Sequence record: ON470601
Origin: Escherichia phage vB_EcoM-569R9
Length of the DNA: 32,497 nt
Reading direction: 5' to 3' (one strand)
The notes under the pieces are model-generated. The model had not been told where the DNA came from, made no database searches, and was given only the letters and a program-made list of their open reading frames with translations. Made by a program: the position numbers and the translations under genes. Positions 9,266 to 18,888 of this stretch are shown here, in pieces; the first letter of the stretch is position 1, and each line of letters opens with the position of its first letter.

Positions 9266-9416
9266 TAACGTATACGTTGAGGCATAAAACCTATGCATAC
9301 TTAGCTGCATCAATTTGCACGAGGTATTTCAGTATGCATTTTCTGCGTAATAGTAGGGATTGCTTGGTTTGGTAGTTGTAATTCAACTGCATTCAAACCG
9401 ACCCATGAAGCGGGCG

Positions 9417-9435
9417 GGCGAGGCGGGGAAAGCAC
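9417..9435. other. cos site: 19-nt cohesive-end sequence GGCGAGGCGGGGAAAGCAC (P2-type)
   Basis: Exact 19-mer read in sequence, located between the cargo hotspot and Q as in P2. Confidence 0.8.
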
Positions 9436-9575
9436 TGCGCGCTGGCGGTGGTGCTGATTTTATTTTTTCAGCGTCTGAGCGCGTCGTGATGGCGTTTAGA
9501 TTGTGCGTCGGGGCGTTGGTGTGTCTAAGGGGTGTTTTGTGCTGTGGTGAGCGTGTGAGGGCGTGATGACGGGGT

Positions 9576-9600
9576 GTAAAAAAGCCGCCCGCAGGCGGCG
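9576..9600 (-). terminator. Rho-independent terminator downstream of Q (minus strand)
   Basis: Minus-strand hairpin GCCGCC-tgcg-GGCGGC followed by TTTTTT, located 5 nt after the Q stop. Confidence 0.65.
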
Positions 9601-9604
9601 ATGT

Positions 9605-10639
9605 TCAGCCGTTGTCAGTGTCCAGTGAGTAGTTTTTAAAGCGGATGACCTCCTGACCGAGCCAGCCGTTTATCTCGCGGATCCTGTCCTGTAGCGGGAT
9701 AAGCTCATTGCGGACAAAGACCTTTGCCACTTTCTCAATATCACCCAGCGACCCGACGTTCTCCGGCTTGCCGCCCATCAACTGAAAGGGGATGCGGTGC
9801 GCGTCCAGCAGGTCAGCGGCGCTGGCTTTTTTGATATTAAAAAAATCGTCCTTCGTTGCCACTTCACTGAGCGGGATAATTTTAATGCCGTCGGCTTTCC
9901 CCTGCGGAGCATAGAGAAACAGATTTTTAAAGTTGTTGCGGCCTTTCGACTTGACCATGTTTTCGCGAAGCATTTCGATATCGTTGCGATCCTGCACGGC
10001 ATCGGTGACGTACATGATATATCCGGCATGAGCGCCATTTTCGTAATACTTGCGGCGGAACAGCGTGGCCGACTCATTCAGCCAGGCAGAATTAAGGGCG
10101 CTGAGATATTCCGGCAGGCCGTACAGCTCCTGATTAATATCCGGCTCCAGCAGGTGAAACACGGAACCGGGCGCGAAGGCTGTCGGCTCGTTGAAGGACG
10201 GCACCCACCAGTAAACATCCTCTTCCACACCACGGCGGGTATATTTTGCCGGTGAGGTTTCCAGTCTGATGACCTTACCGGTGGTGCTGTAACGCTTTTC
10301 CAGAAACGCATTACCGAACACCAGAAAATCCAGCACAAAGCGGCTGAAATCCTGCTGGGAAAGCCACGGGTGCGGGATAAACGTTGAAGCCAGAATATTA
10401 CGTTTGACGTAAATCGGTGAGCTGTGATGCACGGCAGCACGCAGACTTTTTGCCAGACCGGTAAAGCTGACCGGTGGCTCATACCATCTGCCGTTACTGA
10501 TGCATTCGACGTAATCCAGAATGTCACGGCGGTCGAGTACCGGCACTGGCTCACCAAAGGTGAATGCNNNNNNNNNNNNNNNCGCTGGCGGTCATTTTTT
10601 TTGCCGCAGGTTGCGGTGTTTTCCCTTTTTTCTTGCTCA
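9605..10639 (-). CDS. Q: Portal protein Q (interrupted by a 14-nt N-run at 10568-10581)
   Basis: 313-aa ORF plus N-terminal exon MSKKKGKTPQPAAKKMTAS upstream of the gap; P2 Q-like; position next to terminase. Confidence 0.88.
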
Positions 10640-12412
10640 TCAGTAAAACTCCAGAATGGTGGATGTCAGCGGGGTGCTGATACCGGCGGTGAGTGGCTCA
10701 TTTAACAGGGCGTGCATGGTCGCCCAGGCGAGGTCGGCGTGGCTGGCTTCCTCGCTGCGGCTGGCCTCATAGGTGGCACTGCGTCCGCTGCTGGTCATGG
10801 TCTTGCGGATAGCCATAAACGAGCTGGTGATGTCGGTGGCGCTGACGTCGTATTCCAGACAGCCACGACGGATAACGTCTTTTGCCTTGAGCACCATTGC
10901 GGTTTTCATTTCCGGCGTGTAGCGGATGTCGCGCGCGGCGGGATAGAACGAGCGCACGAGCTGGAACACACCGACACCGAGGCCGGTGGCATCAATTCCG
11001 ATGTATTCGACGTTGTATTTTTCGGTGAGTTTGCGGATGGATTCAGCCTGAGTGGCAAAGTCCATGCCTTTCCACTGGTGACGCTCAAGTATTCTGAATT
11101 TGCCACCGGCCACCACCGGCGGTGCCAGCACCACGCATCCGGCACTGTCGCCACGGTGTGACGGGTCGTAACCAATCCATACCGGACGGGAGCCGAACGG
11201 ATTGGCGGCAAACGGCGCATAGTCTTCCCATTCTTCCAGCGTGTCGACCATGCAGCGTTGCAGCTCCTCGAACGGGAATACCGACGCCTTGTCGTCAACA
11301 AATTCACACATGAACAGGTTTTTAAAATCGTCGGCGCTGTTTTCGCGTTTGAGCTGTTCAATGTCGAACAGCGTGCAGCCGCCTTTCAGCGCGTCCTCAA
11401 TGGTGACAATCTGCCGCCACTGACCGTCCGCACAGAGAAGCCCACCGGCAAGGGCGTTATGACTGACGTCGATTTCCACGCGTTCGGTGGCGCTGGCGCG
11501 TCCCCGGTTGAACAGTTCACCCGACCAGAACGGGTAGGCGTCGTGCGCCAGCGTGGACGGGGTGGAGAAATAGGTCGAGCGCAGGTGACTCTGTGAGGCC
11601 ATACCTGATGCCACCTTACGCAGTACCTGAAAATTCGGGATCCAGAAAATCTCGTCGACGTACAGGTCGCCGTTATGGCTCTGTGCGGTGTTGGAGTTGG
11701 TGCCGAGAAAAATCAGTTTTGCGCCGTTATTGCCCAGGACAATCGGGTCACCAGTCAGGTCAACGTCAACCAGCCGGGCAAAGGCGATGATGTATTCGCG
11801 GAACACATGCGCCTGCGTTTTACTGGCCGACAGAAAAATCTGGTTATGGCCGGTTTTCAGGGCGCGCAGCAGCGCCTCACGGGAAAAATAAAACGTCGCG
11901 CCAATCTGACGGGATTTCAGGATATCGCGGATGCGGTGCTCAAGCCCGGCGCGATACCAGTGCAACTGATAGTCGAAAGACTGCTCAAAGAAAATCTGCT
12001 CCAGCTTTTCGATAGCCTCGTCACTGAAAAAATTCTTTTTCGGTTTGCGCCGCCCGCCTTTGTTGCGGTTAGCAACGTTCGGATTAAGGTCTGCCTCGTT
12101 GCCGGTCTGACTGTAACGGTTGACCCGTGCCAGTCGTTCAATCTGGCGTCCCAGCAGGTCAATTTCCTTGAAGTCACCGCCGGTTTTCTGCGGTTTGATG
12201 ATGAGCTGGGTCAGTCGCGCTTCCAGACTCATTTCGACACGGCTGATGGGGGCAACGCTGTCCCAGCCGTCGCGCTGTTTCCAGCTCTGCACCGTCGGAC
12301 GTTTCATCTGCAACATGGCGGCAATCTGCGGCACGGAAAACCCCTGCCAGTACAGCAGCGCCGCCTGACGACGCGGGTCGTGTAAAAGAGTGGTGTCTGT
12401 GGTGATGGTCAT
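10640..12412 (-). CDS. P: Terminase large (ATPase) subunit P
   Basis: About 590-aa product starting MTITTDTT; P2 P-like sequence; divergent from O. Confidence 0.9.
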   Translation of the reverse strand: MTITTDTTLLHDPRRQAALLYWQGFSVPQIAAMLQMKRPTVQSWKQRDGWDSVAPISRVEMSLEARLTQLIIKPQKTGGDFKEIDLLGRQIERLARVNRYSQTGNEADLNPNVANRNKGGRRKPKKNFFSDEAIEKLEQIFFEQSFDYQLHWYRAGLEHRIRDILKSRQIGATFYFSREALLRALKTGHNQIFLSASKTQAHVFREYIIAFARLVDVDLTGDPIVLGNNGAKLIFLGTNSNTAQSHNGDLYVDEIFWIPNFQVLRKVASGMASQSHLRSTYFSTPSTLAHDAYPFWSGELFNRGRASATERVEIDVSHNALAGGLLCADGQWRQIVTIEDALKGGCTLFDIEQLKRENSADDFKNLFMCEFVDDKASVFPFEELQRCMVDTLEEWEDYAPFAANPFGSRPVWIGYDPSHRGDSAGCVVLAPPVVAGGKFRILERHQWKGMDFATQAESIRKLTEKYNVEYIGIDATGLGVGVFQLVRSFYPAARDIRYTPEMKTAMVLKAKDVIRRGCLEYDVSATDITSSFMAIRKTMTSSGRSATYEASRSEEASHADLAWATMHALLNEPLTAGISTPLTSTILEFY

Positions 12413-12585
12413 GAATACCTCGCCGTGATGAATACACGGCAAGGCTACTGAGTCGCGCCCCGCGATTCGCTAAGGTGCTGTTGTGTCAGTGATAAGCCAT
12501 CCGGGACTGATGGCGGAGGATGCGCATCGTCGGGAAACTGATGCCGACATGTGACTCCTCTAATCACTATTCAGGACTCCTGACA

Positions 12586-13440
12586 ATGGCAAAAAAAGTC
12601 TCAAAATTCTTTCGTGTCGGCGTTGAGGGTGACACCTGTGACGGGCGTGTCATCAGTGCGCAGGATATTCAGGAAATGGCGGAAACCTTTGACCCGCGTG
12701 TCTATGGTTGCCGCATTAACCTGGAACATCTGCGCGGCATCCTGCCTGACGGTATTTTTAAACGTTATGGCGATGTGGTCGAACTGAAGGCCGAAAAGAT
12801 TGACGATGATTCGGCGCTGAAAGGCAAATGGGCGCTGTTTGCGAAAATCACCCCGACCGATGACCTTATCGCGATGAACAAGGCCGCGCAGAAGGTCTAC
12901 ACCTCAATGGAAATTCAGCCGAACTTTGCCAACACCGGCAAATGTTATCTGGTGGGGCTGGCCGTCACCGATGACCCGGCAAGCCTCGGTACGGAATACC
13001 TGGAATTCTGCCGCACGGCAAAACACAACCCCCTGAACCGCTTCAAATTAAGCCCTGAGAACCTTATTTCAGTGGCAACGCCCGTTGAGCTGGAATTTGA
13101 AGACCTGCCTGAAACCGTGTTCACCGCCCTGACCGAAAAGGTGAAATCCATTTTTGGCCGCAAACAGGCCAGCGATGACGCCCGTCTGAATGACGTGCAT
13201 GAAGCGGTGACCGCTGTTGCTGAACATGTGCAGGAAAAACTGAGCGCCACTGAGCAGCGCCTCGCTGAGATGGAAACCGCCTTTTCCGCACTTAAGCAGG
13301 AGGTGACTGACAGGGCGGATGAAACCAGCCAGGCATTCACCCGCCTGAAAAACAGTCTCGACAACACCGAAAGTCTGACCCAGCAGCGCCGCAGCAAGGC
13401 CACCGGTGGTGGCGGTGACGCCCTGATGACGAACTGCTGA
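12586..13440 (+). CDS. O: Capsid scaffolding protein O
   Basis: Starts MAKKVSKFFRVGVEGDTCDGRVISAQDIQEMAE, closely matching the P2 O N-terminus as I recall it. Confidence 0.9.
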   Translation: MAKKVSKFFRVGVEGDTCDGRVISAQDIQEMAETFDPRVYGCRINLEHLRGILPDGIFKRYGDVVELKAEKIDDDSALKGKWALFAKITPTDDLIAMNKAAQKVYTSMEIQPNFANTGKCYLVGLAVTDDPASLGTEYLEFCRTAKHNPLNRFKLSPENLISVATPVELEFEDLPETVFTALTEKVKSIFGRKQASDDARLNDVHEAVTAVAEHVQEKLSATEQRLAEMETAFSALKQEVTDRADETSQAFTRLKNSLDNTESLTQQRRSKATGGGGDALMTNC

Positions 13441-13498
13441 CCGGCGTCAGTCAGTCCGGGAAAACCTTCACGATTAACCCTTAATTTCAGGAAAAACT

Positions 13499-14592
13499 AT
13501 GCGCCAGGAAACCCGCTTTAAATTTAATGCCTACCTGTCCCGTGTTGCCGAACTGAACGGCATCGACGCCGGTGATGNNNNNNNNNNNNNNNNNNNNNNN
13601 CGAAAAAATTCACCGTTGAACCGTCGGTCACTCAGACCCTGATGAACACCATGCAGGAGTCCTCTGATTTTCTGACCAGCATCAACATTGTGCCGGTCAG
13701 CGAAATGAAAGGGGAAAAAATTGGTATTGGTGTCACCGGCTCCATCGCCAGCACCACCGACACCGCCGGTGGCACCGAGCGTCAGCCGAAGGACTTCTCG
13801 AAGCTGGCGTCAAACAAGTACGAATGCGACCAGATTAACTTCGATTTTTATATCCGCTACAAAACGCTGGACCTGTGGGCGCGTTATCAGGATTTCCAGC
13901 TCCGTATCCGTAACGCCATTATCAAACGCCAGTCCCTTGATTTCATCATGGCCGGTTTTAACGGCGTGAAGCGTGCCGAAACCTCTGACCGCAGCAGTAA
14001 TCCGATGCTGCAGGATGTGGCGGTCGGCTGGCTGCAGAAATACCGCAATGAAGCACCGGCGCGCGTGATGAGCAAGGTCACTGACGAGGAAGGGCACACC
14101 ACCTCTGAGGTCATCCGCGTGGGTAAGGGCGGTGATTATGCCAGCCTCGATGCACTGGTGATGGATGCGACCAACAACCTGATTGAGCCGTGGTATCAGG
14201 AAGACCCTGACCTTGTGGTGATTGTGGGGCGTCAGCTACTGGCGGACAAGTATTTCCCCATCGTCAACAGGGAGCAGGATAACAGCGAAATGCTGGCTGC
14301 TGACGTGATCATCAGCCAGAAACGCATCGGTAACCTGCCAGCGGTACGCGTCCCGTACTTCCCGGCGGATGCGATGCTCATCACGAAGCTGGAAAACCTG
14401 TCCATCTACTACATGGATGACAGCCATCGCCGCGTGATTGTGGAAAACCCGAAACTCGACCGCGTGGAGAACTACGAGTCAATGAACATTGATTACGTGG
14501 TGGAAGACTACGCCGCCGGTTGTCTGGTGGAAAAAATCAAGGTCGGTGATTTCTCCACACCGGCTAAGGCGACCGCAGAGCCGGGAGCGTAA
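13499..14592 (+). CDS. N: Major capsid protein N (interrupted by a 23-nt N-run at 13578-13600)
   Basis: Starts MRQETRFKFNAYLSRVAELNGIDAGD before the gap, continues ...FTVEPSVTQTLMNTMQESSDF...; P2 N-like. Confidence 0.9.
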
Positions 14593-14595
14593 CCG

Positions 14596-15337
14596 ATGAC
14601 GAGTCCCGCACAGCGCCACATGATGCGGGTCTCGGCAGCGATGACCGCGCAGCGGGAAGCCGCCCCGCTGCGACATGCAACTGTCTATGAGCAGATGCTG
14701 GTCAAGCTGGCCGCAGACCAGCGCACACTGAAAGCGATTTATTCAAAAGAGCTTAAGGCCGCGAAAAAGCGCGAACTGCTGCCGTTCTGGTTGCCGTGGG
14801 TGAACGGTGTGCTGGAGCAGGGCAAAGGTGCACAGGATGACATTCTGATGACGGTCATGCTGTGGCGTCTGGATACCGGCGATATTGCCGGTGCGCTGGA
14901 GATTGCCCGTTATGCCCTGAAGTACGGTCTGACCATGCCGGGTAAACACCGCCGCACCCCGCCGTACATGTTCACCGAGGAGGTCGCACTCGCGGCCATG
15001 CGCGCTCACGCTGCCGGTGAATCTGTGGATATCCGCCTGCTGACGGAGACCCTTGAACNNNNNNNNNNNTGACATGCCTGATGAAGTGCGCGCAAAGCTG
15101 CACAAAATCACCGGTCTGTTTCTGCGTGACGCTGGTGATGCCGCCGGTGCGCTGGCTCACCTGCAACGTGCGACACAGCTCGACTGTCAGGCAGGCGTCA
15201 AAAAAGAGATTGAACGACTGGAGCGGGAGCTGAAACCGAAGCCGGAGCCGCAGCCAAAAGCGGTCACCCGCGCCCCGCGTAAGACCCGGAGCGTGACACC
15301 GGCAAAACGTGGACGCCCGAAAAAGAAAGCCAGTTAA
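14596..15337 (+). CDS. M: Terminase small/endonuclease subunit M (interrupted by a 10-nt N-run at 15060-15069)
   Basis: Two ORF segments either side of the gap; basic C-terminal tail (RKTRSVTPAKRGRPKKKAS); canonical position. Confidence 0.85.
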
Positions 15338-15436
15338 CAACCAAATGCGCCCCGCGCCAGGGCGGCACGCCGGTCAGTGAGGGTGAATCACCTGACACTG
15401 CACCGGCGTCCACCGCCCGACTTTTCAGAGGTAGTC

Positions 15437-15946
15437 ATGATGACGCTGATTATTCCGCGAAAGGAGGCTCCCGTGTCCGGTGAGGGGACGGTGGTCATCC
15501 CGCAACCGGCAGGCGACGAGCCGGTGATTAAAAACACGTTCTTTTTTCCCGATATCGACCCGAAGCGCGTCCGGGAACGTATGCGCCTTGAGCAGACCGT
15601 CGCCCCCGCCCGTCTGCGTGAGGCCATCAAGTCAGGCATGGCGGAGGCGAATGCGGAGCTGTACGAATACCGCGAACAGAAAATTGCCGCCGGTTTTACG
15701 TGTCTGGCGGACGTTCCGGCGGACGACATCGACGGTGAAAGCATCAAAGTTTTTTACTACGAGCGCGCCGTGTGTGCGATGGCGACCGCATCGCTTTATG
15801 AGCGTTATCGCGGCGTGGATGCCAGTGCGAAAGGCGACAAGAAGGCTGACAGCATTGACAGCACCATTGATGAGCTGTGGCGGGATATGCGCTGGGCGGT
15901 GGCGCGCATCCAGGGCAAGCCGCGCTGCATCGTGAGTCAAATCTGA
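15437..15946 (+). CDS. L: Capsid completion protein L
   Basis: Starts MMTLIIPRKEAPVSGEG; P2 L-like; position. Confidence 0.85.
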   Translation: MMTLIIPRKEAPVSGEGTVVIPQPAGDEPVIKNTFFFPDIDPKRVRERMRLEQTVAPARLREAIKSGMAEANAELYEYREQKIAAGFTCLADVPADDIDGESIKVFYYERAVCAMATASLYERYRGVDASAKGDKKADSIDSTIDELWRDMRWAVARIQGKPRCIVSQI

Positions 15947-16149
15947 TGAAGACCTTTGCGCTACAGGGCGACACGCTCGACGCCATTTGTGTCCGCTATT
16001 ACGGGCGCACTGAGGGCGTGGTCGAGGCCGTGCTCGCCGCAAATCCGGGACTGGCTGAACTGGGGGCGGTGCTGCCACACGGCACCGCCGTCGAACTGCC
16101 CGACGTTCAGACCGCGCCCGTGGCTGAAACTGTCAATCTGTGGGAGTAA
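15946..16149 (+). CDS. X: Tail protein X (LysM-like)
   Basis: 67-aa ORF MKTFALQGDTLDAICVRYYGRTEGVVEAVLAANPGLAELGAVLPHGTAVELPDV; P2 X-like. Confidence 0.85.
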   Translation: MKTFALQGDTLDAICVRYYGRTEGVVEAVLAANPGLAELGAVLPHGTAVELPDVQTAPVAETVNLWE

Positions 16150-16152
16150 CGC

Positions 16153-16434
16153 ATGACAGCAGAAGAAAAAAGCGTCCTGTCGCTTTTCATGATTGGGGTG
16201 CTGATTGTTGTCGGCAAGGTGCTTGCCGGTGGTGAACCTATCACCCCGCGTCTGTTTATCGGGCGCATGTTGCTCGGTGGTTTTGTCTCGATGGTTGCCG
16301 GTGTTGTTCTGGTGCAGTTTCCTGACCTGTCACTGCCTGCGGTGTGCGGCATCGGCTCCATGCTGGGTATCGCCGGTTATCAGGTGATTGAGATTGCCAT
16401 TCAGCGCCGTTTTAAGGGCAGGGGGAAACCGTAA
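16153..16434 (+). CDS. Y: Holin Y
   Basis: 93-aa ORF with hydrophobic transmembrane segments and charged C-terminus; first gene of lysis cassette. Confidence 0.85.
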   Translation: MTAEEKSVLSLFMIGVLIVVGKVLAGGEPITPRLFIGRMLLGGFVSMVAGVVLVQFPDLSLPAVCGIGSMLGIAGYQVIEIAIQRRFKGRGKP

Positions 16435-16949
16435 TGCCGGTAATTAACACGCATCAGAATATCGCCGCCTTTCTCGACATGCTGGCCGTGTCCGAAGGGA
16501 CGGCGAATCATCCGCTGACGAAAAACCGGGGCTATGACGTGATAGTCACCGGACTGGACGGAAAGCCGGAAATTTTCACCGACTACAGTGACCACCCGTT
16601 CGCGCATGGCCGACCGGCGAAGGTGTTTAACCGTCGCGGTGAAAAATCCACGGCCTCCGGTCGCTATCAGCAGCTTTACCTGTTCTGGCCGCACTACCGC
16701 AAACAGCTTGCCCTGCCGGATTTCAGTCCGTTGTCACAGGACAGGCTCGCCATTCAGTTGATCCGCGAACGCGGTGCACTGGATNNNNNNNNNNNNNNNN
16801 NNNNNATCCGGGCGGGACGCATTGAGCGCGCCATTTCACGCTGTCGCAATATCTGGGCGTCCCTGCCGGGTGCCGGTTACGGTCAGCGTGAGCATTCACT
16901 GGAAAAACTGGTCACCGTCTGGCGTACCGCCGGCGGCGTACCGGCTTAA
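16434..16949 (+). CDS. K: Endolysin K (lysozyme; interrupted by a 21-nt N-run at 16785-16805)
   Basis: P2 K-like ORF following the holin. Confidence 0.85.
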   Translation: MPVINTHQNIAAFLDMLAVSEGTANHPLTKNRGYDVIVTGLDGKPEIFTDYSDHPFAHGRPAKVFNRRGEKSTASGRYQQLYLFWPHYRKQLALPDFSPLSQDRLAIQLIRERGALDXXXXXXXIRAGRIERAISRCRNIWASLPGAGYGQREHSLEKLVTVWRTAGGVPA

Positions 16950-16963
16950 ACGGAGTAAACACC

Positions 16964-17389
16964 ATGAAGAAATTATCCCTTTCACTGATGCTGAACGTGT
17001 CGCTGGCGCTGATGCTGGCACTGTCCCTGATTTACCCGCAGAGCGTGGCCGTCAGTTTTGTCGCCACCTGGGCGATTCTGGCGACGGTTATCTGTGTGGT
17101 TGCCGGTGGTGTCGGCGTGTATGCCACTGAGTATGTGCTGGAACGCTACGGGCGGGAGCTGCCGCCGGAATCGCTGGCCGTGAAGATTGTCGCGTCGCTG
17201 TTTTTGCAGCCGGTGCCGTGGCGCAGACGGGCGGCGGCTCTGGTGGTGATGGTGGCGACGTTTATCTCGCTGGTCGCTGCCGGGTGGATTTTTACCGCGC
17301 TGATTTACCTCGTGGCGTCGGTGTTCTTCCGGTTGATACGCACGGCCTGTCGTCAGCGTTTTGAGGGGCGGGAACCATGTCAAAGCTGA
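16964..17389 (+). CDS. lysA: Lysis timing protein LysA (membrane protein)
   Basis: 141-aa ORF with multiple transmembrane segments; position after K. Confidence 0.8.
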   Translation: MKKLSLSLMLNVSLALMLALSLIYPQSVAVSFVATWAILATVICVVAGGVGVYATEYVLERYGRELPPESLAVKIVASLFLQPVPWRRRAAALVVMVATFISLVAAGWIFTALIYLVASVFFRLIRTACRQRFEGREPCQS

Positions 17390-17802
17390 TGATTGTGCTG
17401 GTTGTGTTGTTATCACTGGCGGTGGCCGGTCTGTTTCTGGCGAAGCATGAAAACGCCAGCCTGCGCACCTCGCTGGACAGGGCGAACAACGTCGCCAACG
17501 GGCAGCAGACGACCATCACCATGCTGAAAAATCAGCTTCATGTTGCCCTCACCAGAGCAGACAAAAACGAGCTGGCGCAGGTGGCACTGCGTCAGGAACT
17601 GGAGAACGCGGCGAAGCGTGAAGCACAGCGCGAGAAAACCATCACGAGGTTACTGAATGAAAACGAAGATTTTCGCCGCTGGTACGGCGCTGGCCTGCCT
17701 GATGCTGTGCGCCGGTTGCACCAGCGCCCGGCCTGCACCGACGCCAGTGATTGTCGCCAACGCCTGCCCGAAAGTGAGCCTTTGCCCGATGCCGGGCAGT
17801 GA
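17377..17802 (+). CDS. lysB: LysB, Rz-like inner-membrane spanin subunit
   Basis: 141-aa ORF, N-terminal transmembrane segment then coiled-coil region; contains lysC embedded in another frame. Confidence 0.8.
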   Translation: MSKLMIVLVVLLSLAVAGLFLAKHENASLRTSLDRANNVANGQQTTITMLKNQLHVALTRADKNELAQVALRQELENAAKREAQREKTITRLLNENEDFRRWYGAGLPDAVRRLHQRPACTDASDCRQRLPESEPLPDAGQ

Positions 17803-17947
17803 CCCGGAGACGAACGGCGATTTAAGTGCCGATATCCGACAGCTTGAGAACGCGCTGGCACGCTGTGCCAGCCAGGTAAAAATGATTAAACACTGTCAGG
17901 ACGAAAACGATGCTCAAACCCGACAGCCTGCGCAGGGCGCTGACTGA
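17657..17947 (+). CDS. lysC: LysC, Rz1-like outer-membrane lipoprotein spanin subunit, start embedded in lysB in an alternative frame
   Basis: 96-aa ORF with lipoprotein signal peptide and lipobox (LMLCAGC), proline-rich mature region. Confidence 0.75.
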   Translation: MKTKIFAAGTALACLMLCAGCTSARPAPTPVIVANACPKVSLCPMPGSDPETNGDLSADIRQLENALARCASQVKMIKHCQDENDAQTRQPAQGAD

Positions 17948-18377
17948 TGCCGTCACGGTGCTGAAAACCAGTCCCGAGATGCTGCGGATATTCGTTGATA
18001 ACGGGAGTATTGCCTCCACGCTGGCGACGTCGTTGTCATTCGAAAAGCGTTACACGCTCAATGTGATTGTGACCGACTTTACCGGTGATTTTGACCTGCT
18101 CATCGTGCCGGTGCTGGCGTGGCTGCGGGAAAATCAGCCCGACATCATGACCACCGACGCAGGCCAGAAAAAGGGCTTCACGTTTTATGCAGACATCAAC
18201 AATGACAGCAGCTTTGATATCAGCATCAGCCTGATGCTGACCGAGCGCACGCTGGTCAGTGAGGTGGACGGCGCACTGCATGTGAAGAATATCCCGGAAC
18301 CCACGCCGCCGGAGCCGGTCACCCGCCCGGTGGAGCTTTATATCAATGGCGAACTGGTGAGCAAGTGGGATGAATGA
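17910..18377 (+). CDS. R: Tail completion protein R
   Basis: 155-aa ORF in canonical position; P2 R-like. Confidence 0.8.
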   Translation: MLKPDSLRRALTDAVTVLKTSPEMLRIFVDNGSIASTLATSLSFEKRYTLNVIVTDFTGDFDLLIVPVLAWLRENQPDIMTTDAGQKKGFTFYADINNDSSFDISISLMLTERTLVSEVDGALHVKNIPEPTPPEPVTRPVELYINGELVSKWDE

Positions 18378-18822
18378 GTTTAAGCGTTTTGAAGACCGGC
18401 TGACCGGACTGATTGAATCGCTGTCACCGTCAGGGCGTCGGCGACTGAGCGCCGAACTGGCGAAACGTCTGCGGCAGAGTCAGCAGCGTCGGGTGATGGC
18501 TCAGAAAGCCCCGGACGGCACACCCTACGCGCCACGCCAGCAGCAGAGCGCCAGAAAAAAGACTGGTCGTGTTAAGCGAAAAATGTTTGCGAAACTTATC
18601 ACCAGTCGTTTTTTGCATATCCGCGCCAGCCCGGAACAGGCATCAATGGAGTTTTACGGCGGAAAGTCACCGAAAATCGCCAGTGTGCATCAGTTCGGTC
18701 TGTCGGAAGAAAACCGGAAAGACGGTAAGAAAATTGATTATCCGGCGCGTCCCCTGCTCGGCTTTACCGGTGAGGATGTGCAGATGATTGAAGAGATTAT
18801 CCTGGCTCACCTTGAGCGTTAG
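18370..18822 (+). CDS. S: Tail completion protein S
   Basis: 150-aa ORF in canonical position; P2 S-like. Confidence 0.8.
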   Translation: MNEFKRFEDRLTGLIESLSPSGRRRLSAELAKRLRQSQQRRVMAQKAPDGTPYAPRQQQSARKKTGRVKRKMFAKLITSRFLHIRASPEQASMEFYGGKSPKIASVHQFGLSEENRKDGKKIDYPARPLLGFTGEDVQMIEEIILAHLER

Positions 18823-18888
18823 TTGTGCCATTCCCGACACCTCATCGTCACATTGCCGCCGGTATGACCCGGCGGCATCCTTCCCGTT

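Noticed and set aside
9360-9566. 68-aa ORF on the plus strand overlapping cos
   Set aside because: Lies across the cos cleavage region and the Q terminator, with no RBS; most likely a spurious GC-rich open frame
9778-12437. Numerous alternative-frame ORFs overlapping Q and P (for example 9797-10255, 10078-10557, 11675-12385)
   Set aside because: Embedded within confidently assigned terminase and portal genes; typical spurious frames of GC-rich coding DNA
12413-12585. Ogr-binding site in the divergent P/O promoter region
   Set aside because: The nearest candidate is TGT-N12-CAC (not ACA); not convincing without alignment to P2 late promoters
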